From: Candidatus Poribacteria bacterium
Lineage (GTDB): Bacteria > Poribacteria > WGA-4E > PCPOR2b
Assembly (NCBI GenBank): GCA_965218095.1
Contig: OZ244587.1
Location: 4,800,001-4,864,000, forward strand
Reading direction: 5' to 3'
Length of the DNA stretch: 64,000 nt
Positions 38,507-50,922 of this stretch are shown here, piece after piece. The translations under genes were made by a program, and so were the position numbers. How positions within the stretch are numbered: position 1 is the first letter of the stretch; the number at the start of each line of letters is the position of its first letter. A model generated the notes under the pieces. It saw nothing but the letters and a program-made list of their open reading frames with translations, had not been told where the DNA came from and did no database searches.

Positions 38507-39850
38507 TCACACCTCCCTAAGTCGTGCGGCAAATGTCCCGTCGATGCCGTATTCGTGCGGGAAAGTCTGAAGGAAACCCGCTGGCGTTATCGCGTTAGTG
38601 GGAACAAACGGCAAGAAATCCCTTGCGTCTTCGACGACGAAGTGTGGATGGCTCTCAAGAAAACGACGAATAATCCTCTCATTTTCTTCAGGCTCGGTGC
38701 TACAGGTACTATAAACCAAAACAGTCCCCGGCCTGACATATTGCGCCGCGTTGTGCAAAATCCGTGACTGTAGCTGCGCGAGCGCATTAATCTGTTCGGG
38801 TTTCTTTTGCCAGCGGATGTCTGGATGCCGCCGTAGCGTGCCAAGCCCTGAACACGGTGCATCAATGAGAACATGGTCCGCGGCTTCTATAAAGTTGAGC
38901 GCATCGCCTGCGGCATCCGCAATTCGGGTCTGAACGTTAGTTACGCCGAGCCGCTGGCAGTTTTCTGTAATCCGCTGGAGCTTGCCCTGAGATCGATCCA
39001 AGGCAATAATCTCGCCGACATTACGCATCAGTTGCGCGATATGGGTGGTCTTCCCACCGGGGGCGGCGCAAAGATCAACGACTTTCTCCCCCGCCTGTGG
39101 GCGAAGCAGATACCCTACTAGCATCGCACTTTCATCTTGCACATAGAACCCACCATCGCGGTAAGCAGCCAGCGATGGGACCGGCGGAGAATCTTGCAGG
39201 GACAACCCATCCGGAGCGATCCGGCTGTCTTGGATCGAAACACCGTCAGCCGTGAGTGAGCGGATGAGATCGGCACGACTCGTTTTCAAAGTGTTGACGC
39301 GGACAGTCAGCGGGGCAACCCGGTTGCTCGCACGACAAAATCCCAGAGTCCACGGGGCACCGTGTTGTACAATCCAACGCTCCACCAGCCACAAGGGGTA
39401 GGAGAGGGCGACAGCAATGTGCCGTGCCGGATCTGATTCCAACGACGGGTACTGAAGGTTAGCTCCCGCTTGCTGTACACTACGCAAAACAGCGTTGATA
39501 AATCGAGCCGTTTTGTGTTTCGGTTTCGCAAGTTCGACCGTCTCGTAGATGGCGGCGTGTGGTGGAATCTTGTCCAGATGGAGCAGTTGATACGCCCCTA
39601 ATCGTAACAGGTTGCGGGTATGCCGATTTAAACGAAAGCGACAGTCTACAAAGTGGCCGAGCACCCAATCAAGCTGCCCTCGCCACCGAATTGTCCCGTA
39701 GACCAGTTCGTTGAGCAACCCCCGGTCCGCCGGACTCAGATTGTTGCGTCGAACCGCTAGATTAATAACCGGAGCAATAGGGGTGTTGTCTTTTTCTAAT
39801 TGAATCAGGCAGTCTAATACAAGTTGGCGTGCCGAAATTCCTTTTCTCAT
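38507..39850 (-). CDS. rsmB: 16S rRNA m5C967 methyltransferase
   Basis: NusB-like N-terminus, VQDESA, DLCAAPGGKT, DAPCSGLG, YSTCS. Confidence 0.95.
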   Translation of the reverse strand: MRKGISARQLVLDCLIQLEKDNTPIAPVINLAVRRNNLSPADRGLLNELVYGTIRWRGQLDWVLGHFVDCRFRLNRHTRNLLRLGAYQLLHLDKIPPHAAIYETVELAKPKHKTARFINAVLRSVQQAGANLQYPSLESDPARHIAVALSYPLWLVERWIVQHGAPWTLGFCRASNRVAPLTVRVNTLKTSRADLIRSLTADGVSIQDSRIAPDGLSLQDSPPVPSLAAYRDGGFYVQDESAMLVGYLLRPQAGEKVVDLCAAPGGKTTHIAQLMRNVGEIIALDRSQGKLQRITENCQRLGVTNVQTRIADAAGDALNFIEAADHVLIDAPCSGLGTLRRHPDIRWQKKPEQINALAQLQSRILHNAAQYVRPGTVLVYSTCSTEPEENERIIRRFLESHPHFVVEDARDFLPFVPTNAITPAGFLQTFPHEYGIDGTFAARLREV

Positions 39851-40720
39851 TGCGTTGGGATGCGTAAGACGAATGCTTCAGGCTGCTTGGATTCTCGGCG
39901 GCTCGATGAATCCACTTATGAGTAAAACAGGACTTGCGCAGTTGATATAAAGTATCGCCATCACTTGACTGGATCACATGTCGGCGCAAGACCCTCGTGG
40001 CGCCGGTTTCTTAACCTGCGAAGGAAAGTTTGCGGTTCGTATATTATACCGTTTCTGAATAATTTTGTCGCACCATTCGGGCAGAAAACAATGGGTATCG
40101 ACGACGGAGTACATTCGTTCATTTGTTCAGGGGTTCAAAAGCGTGAGTTTTCTTCACGTTTCACGTTTCACGCATCACGTTTCGCGTTTCAACAATGGGT
40201 TATGCTTCATCAGAATTGGTATTATTTCTCCATCATAGCTGTGAAAACTATCCAGCTTATGATTCGCATGGGGACAATTATATCACTACGTGGATCGACT
40301 GTCCATAACAAAAAGGTATGAACGAATTGGCATTGACAACTGATATGATTGGGGGCGGCGGGTTCACTTTCCTCTTGCTTTGGATGTGCCATCGCTTCAT
40401 CTGGTGGCCGCTTCGCCCCATCGGCTATCTCTTGGGAGCAACCTATCCACCGTTTCATCTCTGGTCATCGGTTTTTATCGGTTGACTGATTAAGTACAGC
40501 CTGTTAAAATTCAGTGGTCCCGGAACCTATCGCAAACTGCGTTTCCTTTTTCTTGGGCTGATCTTTGGCGAGTATCTGATGGTGGGTGTGTGGATGGGGG
40601 GTGGGTTGTTTACAAAGGTAGGATATTTTGCGCTGCCGTCATGAACGTTCGGGGAGAATTTGTTGAGGGCTGATGTCGAAATAAAGGGCGACCCCGGCCT
40701 GTGATCGGGGTCGACCAATT

Positions 40721-41485
40721 TTATCTCTCATAAGTATACGATTCCCCCGGCAGCAGTTTGACCACTTCCGTTCGCGGCGAGGTCACCGCAACCATCTCGC
40801 GCAATTTGTCAATATCTGCAACCTGCTTGGGGAAAGTGTCATAGTGACACGGGATAGCGACTTTGGGACGTAGCATGTGGCACGCAAAAGCGAACTCCCG
40901 CAGTCCCATGGTGTATTGCCCCCCGGCGGGCATGATAGCAATTTCGGGATCATACATATTGCCGATGACCTGCATCTCCGCGCTCACGCCTGTATCGCCG
41001 CTATCGTAGAGAACAATGCCGTTATCGAACGAAATAACATATCCGCAGGTCTGCCCATCAGCACTCATCGTCTTGTCTTCGAGATATTCGTAAAGCATCA
41101 TATTAGTCGAGTGACAAGACGGCGTCATCGTATAGGTCGCCTTTCCGACCTTTGCGCTGCCACCGATGTTCAGGCAGTAAGCCGTTGGCTCTTCGTCGTA
41201 AGGGATGCCGTGCTTGTCGGCGTACATGCCGACCTCTGGACTGGAAATTAGACAAGCACCGGTATTCTTCACCAATTCAATGGCATGGCCGAGATGATCG
41301 ATATGCCCGTGCGTGACGCAGACGACATCGGCTTCGATAATATCGTCTACGCTCCACGGGGAAACGGGACTTTCCCAATCGCCAAGACTTGATCCTTTCA
41401 ACCACGGATCGAAGTAAGTTTTTTCGCCTTCGTTCTCAAACAGAAACGAAGCATGACCGATAAAAGTAATTTTAATGCTCGCCAT
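40721..41485 (-). CDS. Metal-dependent hydrolase, metallo-beta-lactamase fold (UPF0173-like)
   Basis: GHASF, THGHIDH, GDT, PCHYDTF. Confidence 0.88.
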   Translation of the reverse strand: MASIKITFIGHASFLFENEGEKTYFDPWLKGSSLGDWESPVSPWSVDDIIEADVVCVTHGHIDHLGHAIELVKNTGACLISSPEVGMYADKHGIPYDEEPTAYCLNIGGSAKVGKATYTMTPSCHSTNMMLYEYLEDKTMSADGQTCGYVISFDNGIVLYDSGDTGVSAEMQVIGNMYDPEIAIMPAGGQYTMGLREFAFACHMLRPKVAIPCHYDTFPKQVADIDKLREMVAVTSPRTEVVKLLPGESYTYER

Positions 41486-41962
41486 TATGGCACCTCTCAG
41501 TATTTTGCTTTGGGATCAACTTACCCAATCATAGTACGCTCGGAGAAGGCGAGCAAGCGGAAAATATTAATCTACCCTATCCCTAAAATCTGATGTACAA
41601 TCCCAACCCACTGAAGTAGCACATCCGTTCGCCCATCTACGGAGTCGCCGATTGGTACACCGACGCAGAACTTCAGGATATTCGCGCCCTTCAAACATCG
41701 CTCTTTCCACATCATCCGCCCGTTCTCTTAAAAGTTGTTGGCAGTGTTGTGATTGGTGGCCCCAACAGACAAGTTCGGTAGGTCATTATCGATTTTGCGA
41801 ATCCAACGCACTGAACCTCCCAGAAATCATTTATAGCCTACCTTTCGAGTAATCCAACAACAAGAGATAGCGAAAACACCGAGAATTTTTGTAAAAAAAT
41901 GTCAGGATCTGCTTCCTCAACTGTTATACTTTCAGGTTGACACTCTCAAATTAGGACACGCT

Positions 41963-42487
41963 ATGGAAATTTCAGAACAGGACATTCTACGGATACTGAT
42001 GCAATCGCGTGGCCGCATTGAGGCAGCAGCGTGGGTGGTGGTGCACGATGCCCACGTTGCGGAAGACATCTTTCAAAATGTTGTGCTCAAGGCGTTAACG
42101 AAGGAGGTCAGTTTTAAAGCGGAGGGTGCCGTACTTTCGTGGGCATTCATTACCGCACGTCGGGAAGGGCTTGATTGGTCACGACGGCATAGAAAAGAGT
42201 CAATCGGCTTGGACGTGACGACTCTGGAACTGTTGGAACAGGAATGGTTGAGCGAGGCAGCTAGCCATGGCGAGGCGAGGCTGGCAGCTCTGCGGTCGTG
42301 TCTCAAAGGGCTGCCGGAGAAATCCTCTCGATTGTTGCGATTGCGTTACTTTGAAGACAACAACTGTGGCGAAGTTGCGAAAAAACTCGGTATCGGACTC
42401 AATGCAATCCACAAGCGTTTGTCGCAGCTGCACCAGAGTCTCAAGGACTGCATTGAACTCCGGCTGGATGAATCAAAAGGGGGCTAA
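41963..42487 (+). CDS. ECF RNA polymerase sigma factor (Planctomycete/Verrucomicrobia type)
   Basis: DAHVAEDIFQNV region 2; LRSCLKGLP..LRLRY region 4. Confidence 0.9.
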   Translation: MEISEQDILRILMQSRGRIEAAAWVVVHDAHVAEDIFQNVVLKALTKEVSFKAEGAVLSWAFITARREGLDWSRRHRKESIGLDVTTLELLEQEWLSEAASHGEARLAALRSCLKGLPEKSSRLLRLRYFEDNNCGEVAKKLGIGLNAIHKRLSQLHQSLKDCIELRLDESKGG

Positions 42488-42490
42488 ACC

Positions 42491-43837
42491 GTGAAAGATA
42501 CAGAATCAAATCATGAACTTCTGTTACAGTATCTGGACGGAAACCTCCCTCCGGAAAAGGAGGCGCAAGTTGCCGACCTGTTGCGTCGTGACCCGGAGGC
42601 AAGGGCGTTTCTTCGAGAGGTAGCAGAACAGGCAGTCACAGTGGCAGATTTGGAACGGGCGGAGGAGAATCGAGGGAGAGCGTTGGAAACAAGGCACGAT
42701 GAGGCGGAAAATCGGCACTCAGTGCTGCGCAGAATTGGCAGACAACATGACTCTTTCATCGGATGGCCGTGGGCGGTAGCGGCGGCTGCTCTTATCGCGC
42801 TTATAGCAAATGTCTACTTCCTGCTCACCAACGTCAAGCCTGAGATTGCCCACATCACGGAACTCAGCGGGACTGTACAATGGACAGGTGATGGAGGGAG
42901 AGTGGTTCACGACATTGAAGTTGGTAGTGCATTGCGCGGCGGTACGCTGGAATCCCTTTCTGCCGATTCTTGGGCTACACTGGCGTTTCGGGATGGTTCG
43001 ATGCTAACCATTTTGGGCAAGTCAATGCTGACAATTTCGGAACATGAGCGGAAGGAACTGTATCTCCGGGGCGGCAGCTTATCAGCCGACGTTGCGCCGC
43101 AACCGAAGGGAAAACCGATGCACATCAATACACCTACCGCGAACGTAGAAGTCCTCGGCACCGCGCTAAGTATGGAAACTGAACCGGCATCAACGATTCT
43201 CCGCGTGAGCGAAGGACGGGTCCGCGTGACGCGGCTGGTGGACGGGAGCGTGACCGAGGTTCCAGCAAAGCATCAAGTGGTCGCATCTGTAAATCCGAAG
43301 ACCAATTTCAGTGTGAACCGTCGGCCCGAGCCCGTTCATTCATGGCAAAGCAATCTGCCCACAGGGGCAACTCATGGAGCATGGTTGCCAGATCTGGGTG
43401 AAAATGGTGGTGGTCTGCACGCTATGCCAATGCTGTTATATTCCGGGGAGAAATCGAAGAAAAAACTTGTCCCGTTTTACATTGTGATAGGCAGTGTTTC
43501 TAGTGGTCAGTCTTCACCCGTAGCGTTGACTCACGGCGCGAAGTTTCGCATTCGGGGTCAGATCGAGTCTACGGGGGATGTTGAATTTGGCTTCACGACG
43601 CACATTCCGGAGGGAGGTTTTGCAGCGAAGTGTACGGTTAGGCGCAGATTTGAGGTCCTTGAGAAATCAGATGAAAATCTAGACGTTGAATTTCATCTTG
43701 GAGATTTTAATTTGATGGCAAAGGAAACTCCTGACTCACTAATTGACCTGATACTCTTCGAGTGGTGGTGTAGCACTGACGAAGTGGATGCTGGACTGAG
43801 CATCAGTAGCATTGAGTTGATACCGGCTGAATGGTAG
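42491..43837 (+). CDS. FecR-domain anti-sigma factor
   Basis: LLQYLDG ASD-like N-terminus, TM helix, INTPTANVEVLGT..VSEGRVRV FecR motif. Confidence 0.88.
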   Translation: MKDTESNHELLLQYLDGNLPPEKEAQVADLLRRDPEARAFLREVAEQAVTVADLERAEENRGRALETRHDEAENRHSVLRRIGRQHDSFIGWPWAVAAAALIALIANVYFLLTNVKPEIAHITELSGTVQWTGDGGRVVHDIEVGSALRGGTLESLSADSWATLAFRDGSMLTILGKSMLTISEHERKELYLRGGSLSADVAPQPKGKPMHINTPTANVEVLGTALSMETEPASTILRVSEGRVRVTRLVDGSVTEVPAKHQVVASVNPKTNFSVNRRPEPVHSWQSNLPTGATHGAWLPDLGENGGGLHAMPMLLYSGEKSKKKLVPFYIVIGSVSSGQSSPVALTHGAKFRIRGQIESTGDVEFGFTTHIPEGGFAAKCTVRRRFEVLEKSDENLDVEFHLGDFNLMAKETPDSLIDLILFEWWCSTDEVDAGLSISSIELIPAEW

Positions 43838-43939
43838 CAGAAACTTGCCGAGATCATTGCTCCTAGCTTGAGAAGCAATTCTTATCAATCATTAGTCACA
43901 CAAGACATGGAATGGAATCATATTAGAGAGGAAGATGTA

Positions 43940-45944
43940 ATGAGAAAAAAAGGACAAAAGCGAATCATTACTAGCAGCATCATTGTGACCCTTTTTCTCA
44001 CAAACGTGAGTATCTGGCTGACAGCATGTAGTAAAAACGAGGCAAAAACGCCACAAAAGACGGAAGCTGTAAGACGTGGCGATTTTGTGATAAAGATTAA
44101 CTCATCAGGAAATCTGGAATCCCTGTTGTCAGTCGAAGTAAAATCGAATGTCGAGGGTGAAATCGAAAAACTTTATGTCGAGGAAGGCGATTTCATTGAG
44201 AAGGGCCAAATCTTGCTCCAGATAGATGATGAGCAAATTAGAGAGGAAATGAGGCAAGCAGAAGCAAATGTGTCTGCTGCACAAGCAGAGCTAGAGCAGG
44301 CAAGGCGATCGCTTACCATAGCTGGACAGCGATCTGAAGCAGCAGCGCGACAGCGTGACACAGGCTCAATCTGGCTATAACGTCGCCAAGGCGACAACGG
44401 AACAGCAAATATCGCAGCAGAATACAAATATTCAGAATACCAAGCAAGCCTTGGAGCAGGACCGAGCTGCGCTGCGACAGGCAGCAATCGCACTGAGGCA
44501 GACAGAACTCACTTTAAGCGAATTAGAGGAAGCCGAAAAAGCCGCCAAGGCAGACTTGGACAACGCGGAATCTGAACTAAGGCGTCGTGAAGGGTTGTAT
44601 GAGAGTAAATTTGTTCCCAAGAAATCTCTGGAGGAGGCTCAAGCTGCGCTGGCAAACGCTCGCTCCCGCTATGAATCCGCTCAAAACCGCGTGTTGTCGC
44701 AAAAAGAGACCGTTCAGTCGCAGCAGGAAACCATTGATACGCGCCAGCGGGCAGTCCATATGCGAGAGACAACGCTCGCATATGAAGAGCAGAACCTGGA
44801 GCTGCTGAAGCAAACGCGCGAGGCTCAAGAAGAACAAGCCTTAACACAAATAAATATCGCACAGACACGTCTAGCTCAGCTTGAGCAAAACCTCAATGAT
44901 GAAGTGGATATCAGCCGTTTTGCCCTTGAGAGTGCTAGGGCGAACTTACTGCGGGCCGAAAGCTCCCTGAAAAATCAGAGAGAACGGCTTGAATGGACGA
45001 TAGTCGTAGCCCCTATGTCAGGTGTTGTCATCAATCTGGAAGTTGAAGAAGGTGAGATCGTTACTTCCGGACGTTCCGCTTTTTCACAGGGACCCGCTAT
45101 AATGTCTATTGTAGATCTATATCAAATGGTCGTTAAGACCTATATCAACGAAGTGGATATGGGGAAGCTAGAACTTGGCCAGAAGGCGGAAATTCAGGTC
45201 ATATCCTATCCGAACAGGCCCTTTCTCGGGGAAGTACGAGAAATCTCCCCCAGCGGTGAAGCGCGTGATAATATCATCTATTTTGAGGTAATGGTCGCTG
45301 TTCTCGGTTCGCCTCAAGAACTTCGTCCCGGCATGACAGCGGACGTGGATATCATTGTGGTAGAACGTCGAGCCACGCTTCTCCTTCCTATTGCCGCGGT
45401 GCAGAGCCAGCGAGTGATGACTGCTAATCTGATGCTGCCTGCGGAGGACGCTGACCGGTTGGTTTTCAATCAACCGGTGGAATTGGGCTTAGGCACAGGG
45501 GGCAGGTCTCCGGGCATAATCAGCCGTTTGACCGCAGGTGCGGCAGGCATCCACGTTGAAATTGCGCTGACTGGCGCAGGTGAGCGTTTTAGCCAAGGAA
45601 GGGCGTCTGTGGATCTTCGCACGGCCGGTTATAACAATCGGAACATTCCCGCTGTACTTCGCTTTGGCAGGTTGTATTATGCAGCGCGATCCTCAACAGA
45701 AAAAGTAAAGGAGGTTACGAAGCCGGTCATTGACAAAGACATCAAAGAGAAAACAAAAGACAGCGCGAAAACAGGTGTTGAAGAAGATGTCAATACGCTT
45801 ATCCAAGTAGGGGCGCAAGACAACACGTACATAGAGGTCTTGAGTGGTTTGAATGAGGGGGATGAGGTCATCGCGCAAGCGTCCGCGCTGTTGGCTTCTG
45901 GAATGGCTGAAAAGGGAGAGAAAGAGAGCCTAGCAAAGAAATGA
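43940..45944 (+). pseudogene. MacA/HlyD-type periplasmic adaptor, frameshifted near 44320
   Basis: VEEGDFIEKGQIL lipoyl half in one frame; LDSDLKQQRDSVTQAQ...APMSGVV, LRPGMTADV in another. Confidence 0.85.
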
Positions 45945-48011
45945 ATCTTCTTGAAAGCATCGCTTCAGGAATTCAGGTTCTGTTTAGTCATAAGATGCGC
46001 ACTCTTCTAACCTTACTTGGGGTGATGATCGGCGTGGCGGCAGTCATCAGTATGGTTTCCGTCGGTGATGGAGCCAAGACAATAGTGATGGAGGACTCTG
46101 AGAAAATTGGTGGCGCGACCATGGTTTACTTCAAGGAGGCTCGTTATAAGAAAGCAGGTGACAGGCAGGTTCGCAGAGACAGTGAGGAATATTTCACGTT
46201 AGCAGACGCAGAGGCGATAGAAGAACAATGTCCCGCGGTGAAATATGCGGTTGCCTCTATTTACGGCGATGCGCGAGTTAGCACGGGAGTAGGTTTATCT
46301 ATGCGGGAAATGTATACTAGGTTCTGTTGACATTTCAAGGGAGCCATATAAGAGTGGCGACAAAGCTGAGAAATCCAAAATAACGGACAGCTAGCTTCTC
46401 AAACCGAGAGAAGATACGACGATACCATTTTATCTTGTTGATGAAACATTCAACCCGATGTCTCTCTTTGTATAAGTGTTTGTCATACGTTCTTTGGTCA
46501 ACACGATGACTTTTTGGCGGTATCACCACAATCGCTCCATTCGCCTCAATAACGGCGATAAAAGCGTCCGAATCGTACCCCTTGTCTCCAATCACATATT
46601 CACTATTATATCCGATTATCAACCCTTCTGCCTCAGTTATGTCATGTCTCTGACCGGGTGTCAGATGAATTCTTAGGGGATTGCCTAGTCCGTCAACGGT
46701 GATGTGATTTTTTGTACTGAAACTGCCCCGAGACCGACCTAATGCTTGGTTTTCAGTGCCACCGTTTTTTTTTCGGCGCCCGCCGCAGACGGGTGAGCGC
46801 GGCAGATGGTACTGTCCACAATAAGCGACTCGATATCGGGGTCAGAGGCAAAGTGGGGGTGCATCTGTGTGAAGATACCTTTGTCGCACCATCGAGCAAA
46901 CCGCTTGTAGCGGGTGTTCCATTTGCCATAGGTGTCTGGTAGAAGTCTCCATTGAGCCCCGCTACGAGTCACCCACAGGACGGCTTCGACGAAGCGGCGT
47001 GTAGCAGCTTCGTCGCCAACATAGATGGTGGGACAGCTAAGAAGAAACCGGTATATCTTATTCCATTGGTCATCAGGTAAGGTTATTGGCGTCATTCTTC
47101 TATTATGCCACAACCTTATACTCAAATGTCAACAGAACCTAGTTACCTAAGGTGTCACGCCATCATACCAGAAAGGGATGAATTGGCGTCCCTAGTCAGG
47201 AAGATTTATCTCCGATGCCGACGTGGAAAATGCAATGTCCGTCTGTGTTGTGGGGCGAGATGTCGTGAATGAGTTATTCAGAGGCGAAGATCCCATTGGT
47301 GCCGTAATCAGATTGGATGACGTGCGTTTCTCTGTCATTGGGGTTATGGAACAGCGTGGGCGTAGTTTGAGATTTGGTTGGAATCTGGATGAGAGTATCT
47401 TCGTGCCGATAACTACTGTGCAGCAGCGATTCACCGGTAATGACCGCATTGCCCTATCAGTCAAGGCAGCGAATACTGGAAACGTGCCGAAAGCAATTGA
47501 ACAAACAACAACACTGCTGTTGAGTCGGCATCGGAACCAAGAATTCTTCCAGCCTTACGACGTGACAAGCGGTCTGGAGTTCATAATGAAAATCAACAAG
47601 ATCATCAAGATCTTGTTGACAGGGGTGGCTGGTTTCTCATTACTCATCGGTGGCATAGGCATCATGAACATCATGCTGGTGTCGGTTGCGGAACGCACAC
47701 GAGAGATTGGACTGCGTAAAGCTATCGGCGCGAAGCGTCGGAACATTCTTGGGCAATTCCTGATAGAAGCTGTTCTCCTTTGCACATTTGGTGGCTTATT
47801 GGGACTGTTATTGGGAATTGTCTTGGGAGCAGGGGTGGCTTGGACCGTGACTAGCTTTATCATCAAGACAGTTAGCTGGCCCTCCTCGCTCCCGTTTTTC
47901 TGGGCGATGGTATCTCTGGTTTTTTCGGCTGTCATCGGTATGTTTTTCGGGCTTTATCCCGCCATCCGAGCCTCGCGTTTGGATCCAACTGTCGCATTAA
48001 AAATGGAATAG
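45941..48011 (+). pseudogene. MacB/FtsX-type ABC permease interrupted by IS5, with an additional stop and frameshift
   Basis: RTLLTLLGVMIGVAAV N-terminus; GIGIMNIMLVSV.ERTREIGLRKAIGA C-terminus; TAG at 47192-47194. Confidence 0.9.
46320..47139 (-). mobile_element. IS5 family (IS427-like) element, 820 bp
   Basis: TIRs GGTTCTGTTGACATTT / AAATGTCAACAGAACC; inserted at CTAG with TA duplication; orfA (RSGAQWRLLP..YGKW) and orfB (GDKGYDSD, RHRVECFINKIK) joined by -1 frameshift at an A9 run (46765-46773). Confidence 0.95.
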
Positions 48012-48014
48012 GGT

Positions 48015-49317
48015 ATGAGTTTTCTAGACGGACTATCAATGGCTTTTTCTGGTTTGCGCAAGCAGCCGTTGCGTGCCTGCCTCACCTTATTAGGTATCGT
48101 TATTGGCGTCGGTGCTGTTGTAGGTGTCGTGGCAATTGCAGACGGGGCACGGGTTATGACGCTAGAAGAGATTCAGCAAACAGGCGGTATTAATATGCTG
48201 GAGATCTCCCGAAATCAGTGGGAAAGAAGTAGCAGAGGAGGGACACTCGTTCAGACTGTTCAGGCAGTCACAGGTAGATGGCAAAAGAACAGGTCGGAGG
48301 CTTTGGAATATCCTGATGCAATTGCTCTGGAAGATGGTACAACTTTGGTAGCACAGGCAGTCGCAGAAACTGAAAGAGACGGGATAAATGCCACTTTTGA
48401 GGGCAGTACAACTGAAGCACGCCTTATCGGCGCATCTCCGGGCTATCAACGTTCACATAACTGGTATGTCTCCAATGGACGCTTTTCAACGATATAGACA
48501 TGGAAAATGGCAATCTGGTCACGGTGATTGGCTCACAACTTGCCGAGGATTTGTTTGTTAGACACTCGCCCATAGGGGAGAAGATTCGGGCACAACGTTT
48601 TCAACAGAGATGGGGTGATTCGTTCGATATCGTACTTGAAGTGATAGGAGTCATGAAACACAAAGGGGGAACTGGAGCCACAATAGAATGGGATGCTTCA
48701 ATCATTACGCCGCTGCGAACCTTTCAGGAGCGTGTAACCGGAACGAAAAGTATCGAACGTATTCGCGCGGAAGTTGCAGATGTAGAGCAGATAGATCAAG
48801 CTATGATTGAGGTCGGAGAATATTAAGTCGTCAGCATCCCGGAGATAATCAGTACGAAATATGGACAGCTACCCAAGAATTGGTAATAGCGGAACGAGTA
48901 GGATTGGTCATGAAACTGATGCTTGGTGGAATTGCCAGCATTGCGCTTCTAGTAGCGGGTATTGGCATTATGAATATCATGCTTATCTCGGTGACTGAAC
49001 GCACAAAGGAGATTGGGCTACGGAAGGCAATCGGCGCTAGACGACGGGATATTCTGCTTCAATTCCTAGTAGAGTCTGTCACACTCAGCTTAGGCGGTGG
49101 CGTTCTGGGGATTTTCTTCGGGATATTCCTCGGGCATGCCACTGCAAATCTTATATCGAATATGGTTTGGGAGAATACCCAATGGCCCGTCGTTTTTTCG
49201 CCCTTGACTGCCGTCATTGCATTCATCGTTGCCATAGCTGTAGGTATCTTTTTCGGTCTTTATCCCGCTCAGAAAGCAGCGCGGATGACTCCTGTTGATG
49301 CATTAAGACGCGAGTAA
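48015..49317 (+). pseudogene. Second MacB/FtsX-type ABC permease, two frameshifts (~48486, ~48815)
   Basis: Three consecutive ORF pieces reconstruct one permease (LTLLGIVIGVGAV ... GIGIMNIMLISVTERTKEIGLRKAIGA). Confidence 0.88.
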
Positions 49318-49443
49318 AAGTAGCATCGTCCGCACAGAGTACGGAAAAATGCGATTGGGTATGTTACTTTTTCGGAGATTTCGTATTCTTCAAGCAGGCT
49401 CGACAACATCACAATCACGAATAACAAAAAAGGAGATTTGCTT

Positions 49444-50922
49444 ATGAAACACATATTCATACCAATTCTAATACTCATCTTAGTTACGGTGTTGACCTCG
49501 TTCCATGCGACTCACGCGCAAGATGGAGCCACAGAGACTGACCTGGAAGCATTGGGTGCCCAATTGAAGGCGGCTGTCGCCAGCGGTGAAATGACCGAAG
49601 AAGAAGCATTTGCCAAGTACGAAAAAGTGGCTGGGAAGATGAAAGGCGCAAAAACCGGGAAGGGCAAAGGCAAAGACGACAAAAACTCGAAGGCACCAGC
49701 AATAAACGGTCTACCCTATTCGCCAAACGTACCAGATGGCATAGATCCAACTGATGGTGTCTCGTTTGATTCCAACCATATGGTGTGCATTAAAGTGACA
49801 ATGGATCAACATGATTTCGAGCTGTTGACCAAGGAAACTCGCTTTGATGGTGCCGGAAATGACTTCGAGCAAATATGGTCGGATTGTTCGCAACCCTGGC
49901 CCTCAGCGTATAACTGGTATCAGGCAGATATCGAGATCGACGGCGTGAGCCTATTAGAGGTTGGAATTCGTAAGAAGGGCTTTGTTGGCTCCCAGTTCTC
50001 GCCGGTACCAGCTTTGAAAATCAAGACTGACAAATACGTGAAAGATCGATTCCTTGGCGATACCGAGCGAATCACGCTCAATAACAATGGTGGAATCATA
50101 CCCCGCATGGCAACCTGTCTGACCTACGAAGTCTTTGCCGTAGCTGGCTACCCTGCGCCCCGGTGCAACATGGCAAATGTGATAGTCAACGGTCAGCCAA
50201 AAGGTCCCTACGTGCATGTCGAAGCCATCAAGAAGCGTTTCCTTCGTCGGGCTTTCGGTGACGACACCGGCTCCCTCTATGAGGGTACGCACACCGACTT
50301 TGTCGAAGCGTGGTTGCCGCGCTGGGAGTGCAAAACCAGCGATACCGACACCAGTTATGCACTGCTGATAGGTGTTGCCCAAGCCCTACAGAAGCCCGAC
50401 GATGAGCTTGTCGATGCACTGTCTTCCGTGCTGAACATCGATCGTTATATCACCTTTTGGGCACTTGAGGTACTTGTGGGCCACCTCGATGGCTACGGTG
50501 CCGACCGCAATAATTTCTACGTCTATTTTGATCCGACGGATGCTGGCCGCGCCGTTTTCATACCTTGGGGGGCCGACAAAACATTTCTTGGTGATTTTAG
50601 TCGAGATCGGTATCTGACAGCCGGCCTGATCGCCGATCTGCCACGGCGTCTCTCCCGCATACCAGCCATGGCCACTCGCATGGAAAATGAACTCGAAAGG
50701 TTGCTCGACGAGGTGTGGGACGAGGCTGCCATCCTAGGGAGCATTGATCGCTACAGCGCACAAGTAAAGCGTGCACAGCAGGACGACGACTACGATACCA
50801 AGGTCGAAACCCTGCGTACTTGGGTGAGAAGTCGTCCCGATCAGGTCCGCGAGATGCTTCGTGTCGGACTCCCTGTGGGCATGGAAAAATCACTCCCTTG
50901 TACAAACGAACGTGTGAAATGA
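49444..50922 (+). CDS. CotH kinase family secreted protein
   Basis: Signal peptide; VGIRKKG, LKIKTDKY, LTYEVF..AG.PAPR, DGY..RNNFYVY, IPWGAD. Confidence 0.88.
   Translation: MKHIFIPILILILVTVLTSFHATHAQDGATETDLEALGAQLKAAVASGEMTEEEAFAKYEKVAGKMKGAKTGKGKGKDDKNSKAPAINGLPYSPNVPDGIDPTDGVSFDSNHMVCIKVTMDQHDFELLTKETRFDGAGNDFEQIWSDCSQPWPSAYNWYQADIEIDGVSLLEVGIRKKGFVGSQFSPVPALKIKTDKYVKDRFLGDTERITLNNNGGIIPRMATCLTYEVFAVAGYPAPRCNMANVIVNGQPKGPYVHVEAIKKRFLRRAFGDDTGSLYEGTHTDFVEAWLPRWECKTSDTDTSYALLIGVAQALQKPDDELVDALSSVLNIDRYITFWALEVLVGHLDGYGADRNNFYVYFDPTDAGRAVFIPWGADKTFLGDFSRDRYLTAGLIADLPRRLSRIPAMATRMENELERLLDEVWDEAAILGSIDRYSAQVKRAQQDDDYDTKVETLRTWVRSRPDQVREMLRVGLPVGMEKSLPCTNERVK

Noticed and set aside
40500-40720. 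Possible IS end (GGAACCTATCGCAAACT) and GC hairpin
   Set aside because: No partner inverted repeat or transposase was found; the hairpin at ~40688-40715 is probably just the terminator of the hydrolase gene.
41580-41870. Possible pseudogene in the intergenic region
   Set aside because: No recognisable motif in the frames examined.
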